In this document: positions 26,450 to 39,980 of the stretch, in pieces
Numbering within the stretch: position 1 is the stretch's first letter
Layout: each line of letters begins with the position of its first letter
Source of the DNA: Octopus vulgaris
Lineage: Eukaryota
Assembly: GCA_951406725.2 (NCBI GenBank)
Contig: OX597824.1
Location: 26,102,001 to 26,166,000 of the forward strand
Direction of reading: 5' to 3'
DNA length: 64,000 bases
Notes under the pieces: model-generated
Told to the model about the DNA's origin: nothing
The model's database searches: none
Seen by the model: the letters and a program-made list of their open reading frames with translations, nothing else
Made by a program: the position numbers and the translations under genes

Positions 26450-27537
26450 TCTGGAAAGTTTCAGGTATTTTTACAGTTCCAGTGATGGATTGGATCTGTA
26501 GTCTTCGAATTGCATTCTCCTTTCTGGTTTTGAGCAGCCTAATTTCTCAACATTGGTATTCAGGCAATGTGTTACACATCCAGGTGCCCCAATAATTACA
26601 GGTATAAGCCTGAACTTGTAATTTGGATAGAGTAACTGCAGATTTCTCAATAGATCAGCTAACATATTCTCTTTTTCATTGATCCTCAGCTTTATGTTAA
26701 CATCCGCAAGGCAGGTAATTTCCACAACTGTGCACAGTTTCTCTTCTCTATCCCAAATCATTATATCAATGTGCTTACATTTTATTGAGGTCTTGACTGG
26801 TACATTCCACCAGTACCCTTTTTTATTATGAGTGGCTTCTACCATACTGTGGGTTCTTATTTCTTTATTACACACATGTGAGTGAGAACACTTTGAGATA
26901 TTTTTGGTATCTAACATATGTCAGATACTGCGAGCGCTGCTTCTGATTGGTCAATCCATGGTGATGACCCGAGGTCTCGGTGACGGCACTACTTTTGTCA
27001 TTATAAGTTACAACTAAACTTCATTCATTACTTTCACGAGCAGGTAGAATGTAGCTATGTAATTAAACAAACATAACATATTTCGTCTGCTCGTCGATAC
27101 TCTTGTAGTGCAGGTAGATCTATCAACAAGATGGCTACTGTTGTCGATATCAAGGTGAATGGTTTTGTTAAATATGGTCGTTTATTCGTGTGTAATAAAT
27201 AAAATACCAAACTCATTCCCTATGGATACCGTATTTATTACAACGAGTGGCTTGTAAACGTATCTAACTCGCTTTCGCTCGTTAGATAAGTTTACAAGCC
27301 ACTCGTTGTAATAAATACGGTATCCATAGGGAACTCGTTTGGTATTCTCTCTTTCTCCTCGGGGTTATCTTTCCGATGGATTTCATTATAGAGTGTCCTT
27401 GCTACAGCATCATGTCTCATCGGTAGATAGTACCGTGATGACATTTTCGTACAACTTCTTATAATGTGGGTGATATCTTCGGTGTTAACTCCACAAAGTT
27501 TGCATCGGTTGTCATCTTTCATTGCTTTTCCTGCATT
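26450..27537 (-). mobile_element. R4-type RLE LINE fragment (CCHC finger + PD-(D/E)xK endonuclease) interrupted by a 483-bp insert
   Basis: CKLCGVNTEDITHIIRSC...RHD, then DIMIWDREEKLCTVVEITC...EKENMLADL...IPVIIGAPG. Removing 26867-27349 and one TCTTT restores EEKEIRTH. Confidence 0.88.
26867..27349. mobile_element. Non-coding insertion element with an internal complementary region and a 53-bp hairpin
   Basis: Flanked by TCTTT on both sides. It interrupts a LINE ORF cleanly. See findings. Confidence 0.8.
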
Positions 27538-27715
27538 ATGTATGTATGTATGTATGTATGTATGTATGTATGTATGTATGTATGTATGTATGTATGTCTG
27601 CATGCATGTATGTATGTATGCATGTATGTATGTATGTATGTATGTATGTATGTATGTATGTATAAAAAGCTCACTTTGCAACCACGCGGTTTTGGGTTCT
27701 GTCCCAACTCGTTGT

Positions 27716-28050
27716 GAAAGCGCATGGCTCAGTGGTTAATGCGTAGAGCTTACGATCATGGAGGTTGTAAGTTCGATTCCCAGACCGGGCTGCGTGTGTT
27801 CTTGAGCAAGACACTTTATTTCACGTTGCTCCAGTTAAATTAGCTGTAGAAATGAGTTGCGACATCACTGGTGCCAAGCCGTATCGGCCTTTGCCTTTCC
27901 CTTGGATATCATCAGTGGTGTGAAGAGAGGAGGCTGGTATGCATGGGTGACTGCTGGCCTTCCACAGACAACCTTGCCCGGACTTGTGCTTCGAAGAGTA
28001 ACTTTCTAGGTGCAATCCCATGGTCATTCATGACCGAAGGGGGTCTCCTC
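27716..28050 (+). mobile_element. SINE family E (tRNA head + GTGTTCTTGAGCAAGACACTTT domain)
   Basis: A/B boxes TGGCTCAGTGG and GTTCGATTCC. A related head lies at 33725 and a tail copy at about 59705-59820. Confidence 0.8.
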
Positions 28051-29450
28051 CCATCTCGCTGCACTTTGTGCAAGTTTCTTCTACTAAATTTCCGGGTCGA
28101 CTAATGTGTTGTGAGTGAATTTTGTAAACGGAAACTGTGTGGAAGCCTATCGTATGTGTGTGTGCGTGCATATTAGTATGTTAGTATTTGTCGCCGCTCC
28201 CGATTCACAACCAGCGTTGGTTTGTTTACGTATCCATAAATCAGCAGTTCCGATAAATACAGGGTCGATTTGTTCGGCTAAACCCTTCTAGGTGGTGCTC
28301 CAACTTGGCCGCAGCCAAATGACTAAGACATGAAATAAAAGATGATAGATTGTACAACTGGTCACAGCAAGGTAAAGACAAAAGTTATTTTTTTTCCCGA
28401 AAATTAATTCTTTCTTTTATTCTTTTACTTGTTTCAGTCATTTGACTGCGGCCATGCTGGAGCACCGCCTTTAGTTGAGCAAATCGACCCCGGGACTTAT
28501 TCATTGTAAGCCTAGTACCTATTTTTATCGGTCTCTTTTGCCGAACCGCTAAGTTACGGAGACATAAACACACCAGCATCGGTTGTCAAACAATGTTGGG
28601 GGGGTGGGGACAAACACAGACACACAAGGATACACACACACACACACACATATACATATACGACGGGCTTCTTCCAGTTTCCGTCTACCAAGTCCACTCA
28701 CAAGGCTTTGGTCGGCCCGCGGCTATAGTAGAAGACACTTGCCCAAGGTGCCTCGCAGTGGGACTGAACCCATGACCATGGCCATATGGTTGGTAAGCAA
28801 ACTACTTACCACACAGCCACTCCTGCGCCTAATAAAAATTTAAATTTATCAACGTTATTTCAAATTTTGACACAATGCCAGCAACTCTAAGGAGGAGTGG
28901 AGGGGAAGGTAGTCGCTTACATCGACTCCAGTACTTGATTGTTACTTCATTTTATCGAGCTCGATAGGATGGAGGGTTAAGTTAACTTTACCGGGATTAG
29001 AACCGAGAACGGAAAGAGCCGGAAGTAATGCTGCTTAGAATTTTGTTCGATGCGCTGACGATTTTCCCAGTTCTCTACCCTACTTATCTACATTATTCGC
29101 TTCATATCCTTTATGCCGTTCCGCTGGATTCGATCTATCTTGGTTCTTCTTTGTGTCGCTAACTTTCATTTAATTTCCGCACAAAAAAAAAAAAAATAAA
29201 TAAATAAATAAATAAATAAAAATAAAAAAATCCACGTTTTTGTTTGTTTGTTTGTTTGGCTTCTTTTGCATAAACTGCTGAGTTTTCAGTTCAACACGAC
29301 TGGAAAATACCCGGATATAAATGAATCATTCTTGACAGACCCTATTTTTTTATTTTTTTCTCCCTTTTTTTTTTTGGTGTTTTTCTTTGTTTGTTGGAGA
29401 TGAATTCGGGCACTTATATAATGCCGGAAATAGGTTTAACAGAGGGAAAT

Positions 29451-29464
29451 GTTACTATGGAAAC
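29451..29464. promoter_or_regulatory. RFX X-box consensus match
   Basis: GTTACTATGGAAAC fits GTHNYY-AT-RRNAAC, in non-repetitive sequence. Confidence 0.3.
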
Positions 29465-31258
29465 GCATCTATGCTAAATTCCCCCCCCCACAAAACCCCT
29501 CCCACTAAAGCTAAGAACACACATAGTATATAGTAACTTGATTTAAATGCGTTAAAGTTTGCTTTTTCATGATTTTGTTTAAGAAGATCCCTTTTAAACC
29601 ACATTGTATCCGATTGTTCGATCAACCTGCTAGTTACGTCAGGTAAGCCTATTTTTTTTTTTACCATATCTGAACAGACAAAAACTGTATACTTTATGTA
29701 TTGACCCTGAAAGGATGAAAGGCAAAAATTGATCCATGTCAGATTTGAACTTAAACAGTGGACAGCGGCAATGAATACCTATTTCTTTACTGCCCACAAG
29801 GGGCTAAACACAGAGAGGACAAACAAGAACAGACAAACGGATTAAGTCGATTATATCGACCCCAGTGCGTAACTGGTACTTATTTAATCGACCCCGAAAG
29901 GATGAAAGGCAAAGTCGACCTCGCGGAATTTTAACTCAGAACGTAGCGGTAGACGAAATACCGCAAAGCATTTCGCCCGGCGTGCTAACGTTTCTGCCAA
30001 CCCGCCACCAGCGGGAATGAATACCGTTCTAACGACATAGCCAAGGCAATCGTTCGTTATTGGTTCACGACGTCACTTACACAACCTTTTTTTAGCCCCT
30101 TGTGGGCAATAAAGAAATAACTTACACAACCTTTCCTCATGACCTAAATAAAGAGAGTAGGCCGAAAAAAAGAGGGTGAATTACATCGTCTCCTCATACC
30201 GACACTCTGTAGACCAATATCCTTTCTACAATAGGCACAAGGCCTGAACTTTGGAGGAGGAGGCTAGTCGATTACATCGACCTCAATGCTCAGCTGGTAC
30301 TTATTTCATCGACTCCGAATTGATAAAAGGCAAAGTCGACCTCGGCAGAATTTGAACTCAGAACGTAAGAACTTTTTGTCCTGCGTGCTAACCATTCTTC
30401 CGACTCACCGCTTTTCTGTAGACAAGTATCGAAGGTATTTCACTCAAAGCTAAGCTAAGAAAGCATTTTGTGGGATAGCTGTAATAATTTCTTTATTATT
30501 AGCATCAGAGTCCTTTCGTGTTTTCAATAACAGACGAATAGATAGCCTTATCAATCGTGGTTCATTTTTGAAGATGATATAGCATTATTTGAGAGAAATT
30601 TAGCTGCTGTTTCTTGCAGGTGGAGCAACAACGTAAACGCTGGTTTGTAGATAGACATGGATGTTTAGCAACCACATGGTTTCGGGTTCGATCCCGCTGT
30701 GCAGCACCTTGAACAAATGTCTTCTAATCCTCGGACAGACCAATGCCGTGGGAATGAATTTGATAAACGAAAACTGTAGAAATTCGTCGTATATGAATGT
30801 GAGTGTGTATGTGTGTGTGTATGTGTGTGTGTGCGTGTGTGCCATTGCTTGACAACCAGTGATGGTTTGTTTACGTAGCTGTAACTTAACGGTTTCGGCA
30901 AAAGAGACCAATAGAATGAATATTAGACTTTAAAAACATCTGTACATAGGCGCAGGCGAAGCTGTGTGGTAAGAAGTTTGCTTCCCAACCACATGGTTCC
31001 GAGTTCAGTCCCACTGTGTAGCATCTTGGGCAAGTGTCTTCTACTATAGCCTCAGGCCGATCAAAGCTTTGTTAGTGGATTTGGTAGACGGAAACTGAAA
31101 GAAGCCCGTCGCATATATAGCGCTTCAGTAAAAGAGACCGATAGAATAAGTACAAGGTTTATAACGAATAAGTCCTGGAGTTGATTTCTTCGACTAAAAA
31201 ACCCTTTAAGGCGGTGCTCCAGCATGGCCACAGTCAAATGACTGAAACAAGTAAAAGA

Positions 31259-31305
<47 letters not shown>

Positions 31306-32589
31306 TGTCCGTGTTTGTCTCCCACCACCGCTTGACAACCAGTGCTGTTGTGTTTACGTCCCTGTAACCTAGAGGTTCGGCATAAGGCACCGATAAAATA
31401 AGTACTAGGCTTGAAAAAAAATAAATCCTGGGGTCGATTAGTTCAACTAAAACCCTTCGAGTCGGTGGGACTTTGGTCGCCTCGAGGCTATAGTTGAAAA
31501 TAGTTTACCCAAGGTGCCACGCAGTGGGACTGAACCTGGATGAATGTGGTTGAGAAGGAAGCTTTTTCACGTGTGTGTGTGTGTGTGTGTGTCTGTTTGT
31601 CTGTGTTTTTGTCCTCCATCATCGCTTGACAAACGGTTTTGGTGTGTTTATGTACTCGCAACTTAGCGGTTCGGCAAAATGTGTCGAGAGAATAAATACC
31701 AGGTTTTAAGATGCAAAATTTGGATCGATTCATTCGACTAAATATTCTTCAAGGCGGTGCCCCAGCATGGCCACAGTCTGATGACTGAAACAAGTAAAAG
31801 AATGAAAGAAAAAAGATACATATTTGTGTATGAGTGTATGAATGTATACACACGCATACGTACACGCACACAAACATGCACACACACACACAGACACACA
31901 CACACACACACACACACACATACTCTCTCTCTCTCTTTTGACAGTGAGAGAGAGAGACTGACAGACAAGCAGACAGACAAACAGACAGAGAGAGAATGAT
32001 TAAGTAAGGAACATATAACATACTAATTAGAAACTGAACAAAGAGTTGATTCAGAGATCGAACCCTTTCATCGCACTCATCCGCTCTTCTCAACTTTCCA
32101 GACGTTAAACAGCGTCTGACCTTCTTGTAGTAACGTTTGCTAAGACGAAGCAAGCCTATATATTTTTGGTTCGTTCACTGATCGATAATACAATTTCCGA
32201 AATATACTCTAAATTTAGGTCTAATCGACATCATACTTTCTCTCACCAATGTACACAAGTTCTGGATAAACAGCAGTGTGATATCGCGTGATAATAACAA
32301 TAATGTAATGATATCATGTAACATTCATCCATCTTTTAACTAGATTCATACGTCTTGATAAAAAGATAAAGGATGGCTGTGTGGTTAACAAGCATGCTTT
32401 GCAAGCATTTGATTTCGTGTTCAGTTCCGCTGCCGCCAGTCCTTGGGCAAGTATCTTTAGCCCCGTGCGGGTCATTGCCTCGTGAATGAATTTGGTATAC
32501 AGAAACTGCATGGAACCCCGGCATATACATATATATATATATATACATACATACATACATACATACATACATACATACATACATACATA

Positions 32590-32820
32590 GAGAGAGGGGG
32601 TGGAATTCACGAGAAAAACAAAAGACGAAGACAGGTGGTGTAGAAAACAAACAGATGTATTAGTATAACGCTCAGGAATTGAAAAAGTCTTTTACGTTTC
32701 GAGCCTACGCTCTTCCACAGAAAGGGACACAGAAAAGAAACAAGGAGAGAAACAAGGAGAGAAACAAAGAGAGAAAAAAAGGAGAGAAAAAAATGTGTGT
32801 AGTGGCTACCGATCTATCAA
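32590..32820 (-). mobile_element. Penelope-like terminal sequence in TA-rich microsatellite; second copy at about 58213-58410
   Basis: Minus strand has the hammerhead-like variant CTGTGGAAGAGCGTAGGCTCGAAACGT. Two homologous copies are present. Confidence 0.55.
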
Positions 32821-33299
32821 TATATATAAAAGCAATAATTAATCTCTGAGCGAGGTATAAACAGTAACTGCACGACATCGTGAAGTATATTTGCAACTTA
32901 ATTGTGGATAACCCTTAAGGGTTGATGCTACGGTAGCTTGTAGCCCCAGGAAGACATCTCTTCTAGTTGGCTATTAACACACTTTCTGTGCCCTATCAGT
33001 ATTTGCAAAGGGAAGTCATCCTTCCTATCACCAGCCTGGCGTGATACACACGGACCCGGGTTTCCGAGTATTGACCCGCTATCAGCGTGTGACAACCACC
33101 GGTTGGCGATGTGAAGTGGTTCCCAATGCGAATATATATATATATATCCTTTTTCCAGCGGCGCCTTCAAGGGTTTTAGACGAAGAAAAGTCGACCCCAG
33201 GACTTATCCTTTGTACGTAGTTATTCTATCGTTCTCTTCCGCCGAACACTAACATCGCTTGTTAAGTGATGGTGGGGAACAAACAACACAGGTACAATG

Positions 33300-33330
<31 letters not shown>

Positions 33331-33337
33331 CACACAC

Positions 33338-33419
<82 letters not shown>

Positions 33420-33602
33420 GACGGGATTCTTTCAGTTTCTGTCTACCAAATCCACTCACAAGGCTTTGGTCGGTCCGAAGATTTAGTAGAAGACACTTGC
33501 CTACGCAGTGGGACTGAACCCGGAACCATGTGGTTGAGGAGCAAGCTTCTCACCACACAGTCGCGCCTGCACCTGAGACAGCCACGCCCGCCGGCGCCTA
33601 CA

Positions 33603-33686
<84 letters not shown>

Positions 33687-34459
33687 TGTGTGTGTGTGTG
33701 TGTGCGTGTGTGTGTGTGTGTGTGAAGTGGCGTTGCCTAATGGTTAGGCATGTTTCACTCACGATCGTGAGATCGTGGTTTCGATTCCCAGACCGACTGC
33801 GCATTGTGTTCTTGAGCAAAGCACTTCATTTCACATTACTACGTTCGCTCAGCTGTAAATGAGGAACCATGCAACGGACGATCCTTCCGATCAATGGAAA
33901 TGTCGACCTGCTCGCCTGACCATTGGGAGTGGCATCGTTAAAAAGCTAAAGCCATGCAAAGCACACCGTGACCATCGATGCCTAACAACGTCCGATACTC
34001 TGGTCAATCAGGTGATATAAATATAGATTGAAAGATACTCTTTTACTCTTTTACTTGTTTCAGTCATTTGACTGCGGCCATGCTGGAGCACACCGCCTTT
34101 TAGTCGAGCAAATCGACCCCGGGACTTATTCTTTTTGTAAGCCCAGTACTTATTCTATCGGTCTCTTTTGCCGAACCGCTAAGTGACGGGGACGTAAACA
34201 CACCAGTATCGGTTGTCAAGCAATGCTAGGGAGACAAACACGGACACACAAACATACACACACATACATATATATATACGTATACATATATACGACAGGC
34301 TTCTTTCAGTTTCCGTCTACCAAATCCACTCACAAGAAGGCATTGGTCGGCCCAAGGCTATAGCAGAAGACACTTGCCCAAGATGCCACGCAGTGGGACT
34401 GAACCTGGAACCATGTGGTTGGTAAGCAATCTACTTACCACACAGCCACTCCCGCGCAG

Positions 34460-35130
34460 ATATATTTCTTTATTGGCCACGCAGCGCTGAACACAGAAGG
34501 GACAAAATACAAAGTAGAACTTTTCTTTTTGGGAAGAAGAGAAGAGGGGAAAAAAAAAGAAAAGGAAAAAGTGGGTCGAATTCCGATCAAAAGGGATCGT
34601 GAAAAAAAGAGTGGGGGGGGCGAAGAGCAATAGGGATCGTGTCAATGTAAAAAGGGAAAACAGATTAGGTTTATCCGTGGATAGAAAGCCTACGGAAAAG
34701 ACTACGGGAACCTTGGGCAATAGTGTCATGCAAAAAGAAAACACTTTATAGTAAGTGGCTCTCTTTTTTCCTTCGTTTATTTTTTTATTATTATTTTCTT
34801 TTTTTGGTTCATAGGATTATGCTCAAGCTGGCTCCGTCATTCACACGTGCCATCCTTGCTACTTTCACCCATCTTTTTTGTGAAACATTCACTAGATACA
34901 ATATCCCTCTCTACTCACACCTTCCTCTTCAAGTGATACTTAAAAAAGTTGATGAGAAATTGACCAGAGAGGAAAGTGTTTGTCTCTAGACCTTTCAGAT
35001 GCGTCCACCAGGCACATTCTTTCTCCATAGCCACGAGTACGATGAAAATGGCTCTTCCTTCCCGTTTCAAGTAAGGAGACGCGAAAATATTCACGATTGA
35101 CTCGGTTGATAAACCGACTCGTCCCACACG
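34460..35130 (-). mobile_element. Tx1/L1-type LINE 3' end
   Basis: AIFIVLVAMEKECAWWTHLKG...FFKYHLKRKV...FTKRW, then a T-rich 3' UTR ending GTGGCCAATAAAGAAAT. Its 5' side abuts (GATA)n. Confidence 0.75.
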
Positions 35131-35131
35131 C

Positions 35132-35202
<71 letters not shown>

Positions 35203-35703
35203 GGATAGATAGATAGATAGATACATACATACATACATACATACATACATACATACATACATACATACATACATACATACGCACACTTGCATACATGCGG
35301 GGCTGTGTGGTAAGAAGCTTGCTTCCCGACCACATGGTTCCGAGTTCAATCCTACTGCGTAATACCTTAGGCAAGTGTCTTCTGCTATCGCCCCGGACCG
35401 ACCAAAGCCTTGTGAGTGGATTTGGTAGACAGAAACTGAAAGAAGCCCGTCGTATATATATTAATGTACCCGAAGAGACCCAGAATGTGTCGTACCTAAT
35501 AAAATATTTTACTCACTCCATCTATTTTACTAATACTGTTACCCCAACCGCCACTACGAAGTTCCTGCATAAATCTACGGATAACAACAGGTAATCGAAA
35601 CTGTGCCGGTCCTTCACACATCATCTCTTTATACATTTTGTATAATTTCTCCAATACATACATACATTCATACATACACACCTATATATATATATATATA
35701 TAG

Positions 35704-35734
<31 letters not shown>

Positions 35735-35976
35735 AAATAAGAAAATGGAGAAATACATCTAAATCATTTATCAACTACCAGATAATAACCAATCACATAC
35801 TTTATTAAACCACTACATAAGAACATTAGGGTTAAACATAAAAATATATAACAAAACAGCGTACATGAATGAGTAATACAATACAATAAGTACAATCATT
35901 ATAAGAGGATATAAATAAATAAATATAAATAGATATAAATATAAATATACACTATATCTTACAGCTGTTTCGGCCT

Positions 35977-36058
<82 letters not shown>

Positions 36059-36239
36059 GAAATGGGACAAGAATGCAAAACATCCAGACGGCTATGTGAT
36101 ACAAAAAGGGACAACAAAACATCCAGATAGACGATACAAAGAAAACAAGGACGGGTCATTCGAAGTTTTCTTTCCTCAGTCAAGCACCAGAATATCCTCG
36201 CAATTTCGGCTGATTATATTATATTATATTATATTATAT

Positions 36240-36343
<104 letters not shown>

Positions 36344-36556
36344 ATGCATATGTTTGTGTGTCTGTACTTTTCCTCCCACCATCGCTTGACAACCGATGTT
36401 GGTATGTTTACATCTCCTTAGCGGTTCGGCTAAAAATACCGATAGAATAAGTACTAGTCTTACAAAGAATAAGTCCTGGGATTCATTTGTTCGACTAAAG
36501 GCGGTTCTCCAGCATAGCCGCAATCATATGACTGAAACAAGTAAAAGAATATATAA

Positions 36557-37064
36557 TACTAGCAGTATCGCCCGGCGTTGCTCGGGTTTGTAAGGGAAAT
36601 AACTATATAAGCATTTTTAGAGAGTTACTTCCCTTATAAATTCGGGCTTTCTTAGCCATTTTTGTTTTGGTGTCTTCAAGCCATGAAGTCGTTGTTCTAA
36701 AAGAACGCTGGTCTCCTTCACAACGCATTACGACGTTGATTTCTTTACACTCCCTTCCCCACAGCTTCACGAGGGAGGGAAGGGGGAGAAGCAAACAGGT
36801 GCAGCTGTGAGCGTGGACGCCAACTCCGCCGCCATCGACACACGATGCATTTTATGCATTAAAATGGAATAAAAAATGATGTTAAATTATTTTTAAAATC
36901 GTAGACTCATCGTTGACGCGCGCTAATAGTCAGACGGGCTCGATATGAATCACGACTATAAGATACCCGAATTTGGTTAAACTGCACCGCAAAATGTGGG
37001 AGGAGTTAGGAATCTAAATCGAAGGGGACAGACACTCACACAACTAGAGTTTTATATATATAGA
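36557..37064 (+). mobile_element. Non-autonomous Helitron (Lep1-like), apparently complete
   Basis: Starts ACTAGCAGTATCGCCCGGCGTTGCTCGGG (terminal hairpin). Ends AATTTGGTTAAA...GGAGGAGTTAG...ACAGAC...TTTTATATATATAGAT. Confidence 0.8.
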
Positions 37065-37924
37065 TATGTGTGTGTGAGTGTGTATGTATGTATATATACA
37101 CACACATACATTTTATGCTTGTATTTGTTCACTATCGCTTGATAATCGGTGTCGGTTTGTTTATATCACTGTAAATTAGCGTTACAGCCAAGAAAACCGA
37201 CAGAATAATTAACAGCCTTTAAAAAAAAAATTTTTTAAGAATAATAAATATTGGTGTCGATTTGTTTGATTAATACCCTTCAAGATGGTGCCTCAGCATG
37301 GCCGCTGTCCAACGACGGAAACAAGGAGAAAGACAAAAGATAAAAGATTAAAGATAAACTACGTGGTATCGAGGTGGGATATTCAGTCATTATTGAGAAT
37401 GAAGTGGTTATTGATAAATAGATAAATGGCAATAAATAATATTGAGTTATCGAATTTTGACATTCATCTGCCAGAACACAGCTGAGAGAGATAAATGGCG
37501 ATATGATATTAGGAGGTCAACTTCTCTATCAACCAGATAAATAGCAATGTGATAACTAGTTGTGTGTGTGTGTGCGTTTACTTACTTACATACTCACTCA
37601 CTCACTCACTCACACACTCACTCACTCACTCACTCACTCATTCAATCACTCACTCATTCACTCACTCACTCACTCGCTTGCTTGTTTACTTGCTTGCTTG
37701 CTTACTTGCTTACTTACTTGCTTGCTTACTTGCTTGCTTGCTTGTTTACTTGCATGTTTGCTTGCTTACTTGCTTGCTTGCTTGCTGGTTGGCTTGCATG
37801 CTTACTTGCTTGCTTGCTCTCTTGCTTGCTTACTTACTTACGTTTTGTACAAGTTTTTACCAGATATCGTTCTTTTCCATACCGAAAATTTACTAATTAT
37901 ATATATGTATATTATATATGTATG

Positions 37925-37974
<50 letters not shown>

Positions 37975-37975
<1 letters not shown>

Positions 37976-38592
37976 GTTGGATGGATGGATGGATGGATGG
38001 TTGGATTGATGGGTGGATGGACGGATGGACGGATGGGTGGATGGACGGAGGTACGGACGGAGGGAAGGACGGACGGACGGATGGACGGATGATGGACGGG
38101 CGGACGGATGGACGGTCGGATAGATGTACGGAGGGACGGACGTACGGACGGATGGACGGACGGACGGACGGACGGACGGGCGGACGGATGGACGGTCGGA
38201 GAGATGGACGGAGCGACGGACGGAGGGACGGACGTACGGAAGGACGGACGGACGGACGGACGGATGGATGGATGGATTTATGGATGGATAGATGGGTGTG
38301 TGGATGGATGGATGGATGGATGGATGGATGGATGGATGGGTGGGTATGTGGATGGACGGACGTATGGACGGACGGATGGACGGACGGACGGATGGACGGA
38401 TAGACGGACGGACTGATGGATGGATCGACGGACGGATTGATGGGCGAGTGTACGGGTGGGTGGGTGGATGGGTGGATAGATGGATGGGTGGATGGTTAGG
38501 GGGAGGGAGGGATGGATAGATGGACGGACGGATGGATGGATGGATGGACAGACGGACGGACGGATGGACGGATGAACGTTTGGATAGATGGG

Positions 38593-38626
<34 letters not shown>

Positions 38627-39980
38627 TATGGATGGACGGATGGATGGATGGATGGACGGATGGGTGGATGGATGGACGGATGGACGGGTGGATAGAAGGA
38701 TGGACTGACGGATGGATGGATGGAGAGATGGATGGATGGATAGATGGACGAACGAGCGGCGGATGGACGAACGGACGGACGGACGGATGAACGGACGGAC
38801 GGACGTAGGGACGAACGGAGGGATGGACGGGTGGACGGACGGACGGACAGACTGACGGATGGATGGATGGATGGGTGGATGGATGGATTGGTAAATGGAT
38901 GGGTGGATTGATGGATGGGTGGATGGTTAGGTGGAGCGATGGATGGACGGATGGGTGGATGGACGGAGGTACAAACGGAGGGAAGGACGGAGAGAGGGAC
39001 GGACGGAGGGACGGGCGGACGGATGGACGGATGGACGGTCGGATAGATGGACGGAGGGACGGACGGAGGGAAGGACGGAGGGACGGACGTACGGACGGAT
39101 GGATGGACGGACGGACGGACGGGCGGACGGATGGACGGTCGGATAGATGGACGGAGGGACAGACGGAGGGACGGACGTTCTGAAGGACGGACGGACGGAC
39201 GGACGGACGGATGGATGGATGGATGGATGGTCCGATGGATGTATGGATGGACGGACTGACGGACGGATGGATGGATGGAGGGATGGATAGATGGATGGAG
39301 GGATGGATAGATGGGTGGGTGTAAGGGTGGGTGGGTGGATGGGTGTGTGGATGGATGGATGGATGGGTGGATGGTTAGGTAGAGGGATGGATGGATGGAC
39401 CGACGGGTGGATGGATGGATGGATGGATGGATGGATGGACGGAAGGACGGACGGACGGATGAACGGACGGACGGACGGAGGGAAGAACGGAGGGATGGAC
39501 GGGTGGACGGAGGGATGGATTGATGGATGGTCGGCTGGACGGACGGACGGATGGACGGATGGATGGATAGACAGTCGGAGGGACGGACGGCAGGACGGAT
39601 GGATGGATGGACAGATGGATGGATGAATGGATGGATGGATAAATTGATGGTAGGAAGGGTGAGTGGGTGGATGGGTGGATGGTTGGATGGGTGGGTGGAT
39701 GGGTGGATTGGTGGATGGATGGGTTGATGGATGGGTTGATGGATGGATGGACGGATGGACGGATGGATATATGGATGTATGGATGGATGGATGGATGGAT
39801 GGGTGGATGGACGGATGGATGGATGGATGGACGGACGGATGGACGGCTGGACGGACGGACGGATGGATGGATGGATGGGTGGATAGGTGGGTGGGTGGAT
39901 GTGAGGATGTGCTGATGGACGGCTGGAAGGATGCATGGAGGATGGATGGATAGATTAATGGATGGGTATATGGATGGATG
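37975..39980 (+). repeat. 2-kb (GGAT)n/(GGAC)n compound tetranucleotide array
   Basis: Directly visible, with internal higher-order duplication. Confidence 0.97.

Noticed and set aside
29113-29199. 28-aa ORF MPFRWIRSILVLLCVANFHLISAQKKKK resembling a signal peptide
   Set aside because: It runs into poly(A) and a stop with no splice donor. Probably chance in T-rich DNA.
32024-32156. Minus-strand exon-like stretch LLRLSKRYYKKVRRCLTSGKLRRADECDERVRSLNQLFVQFLI
   Set aside because: The acceptor lacks a pyrimidine tract, there is no recognisable homology, and no partner exons were found.
38278-39936. 552-aa P/S/H/I-rich ORF and the overlapping MDGW-repeat ORFs, superficially reflectin-like (MD-rich)
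   Set aside because: These are translations of a GGAT/GGAC tetranucleotide array, open in several frames. There is no reflectin motif (M/FD-X5-MD-X5-MD with Y/R-rich linkers) and no splice context.
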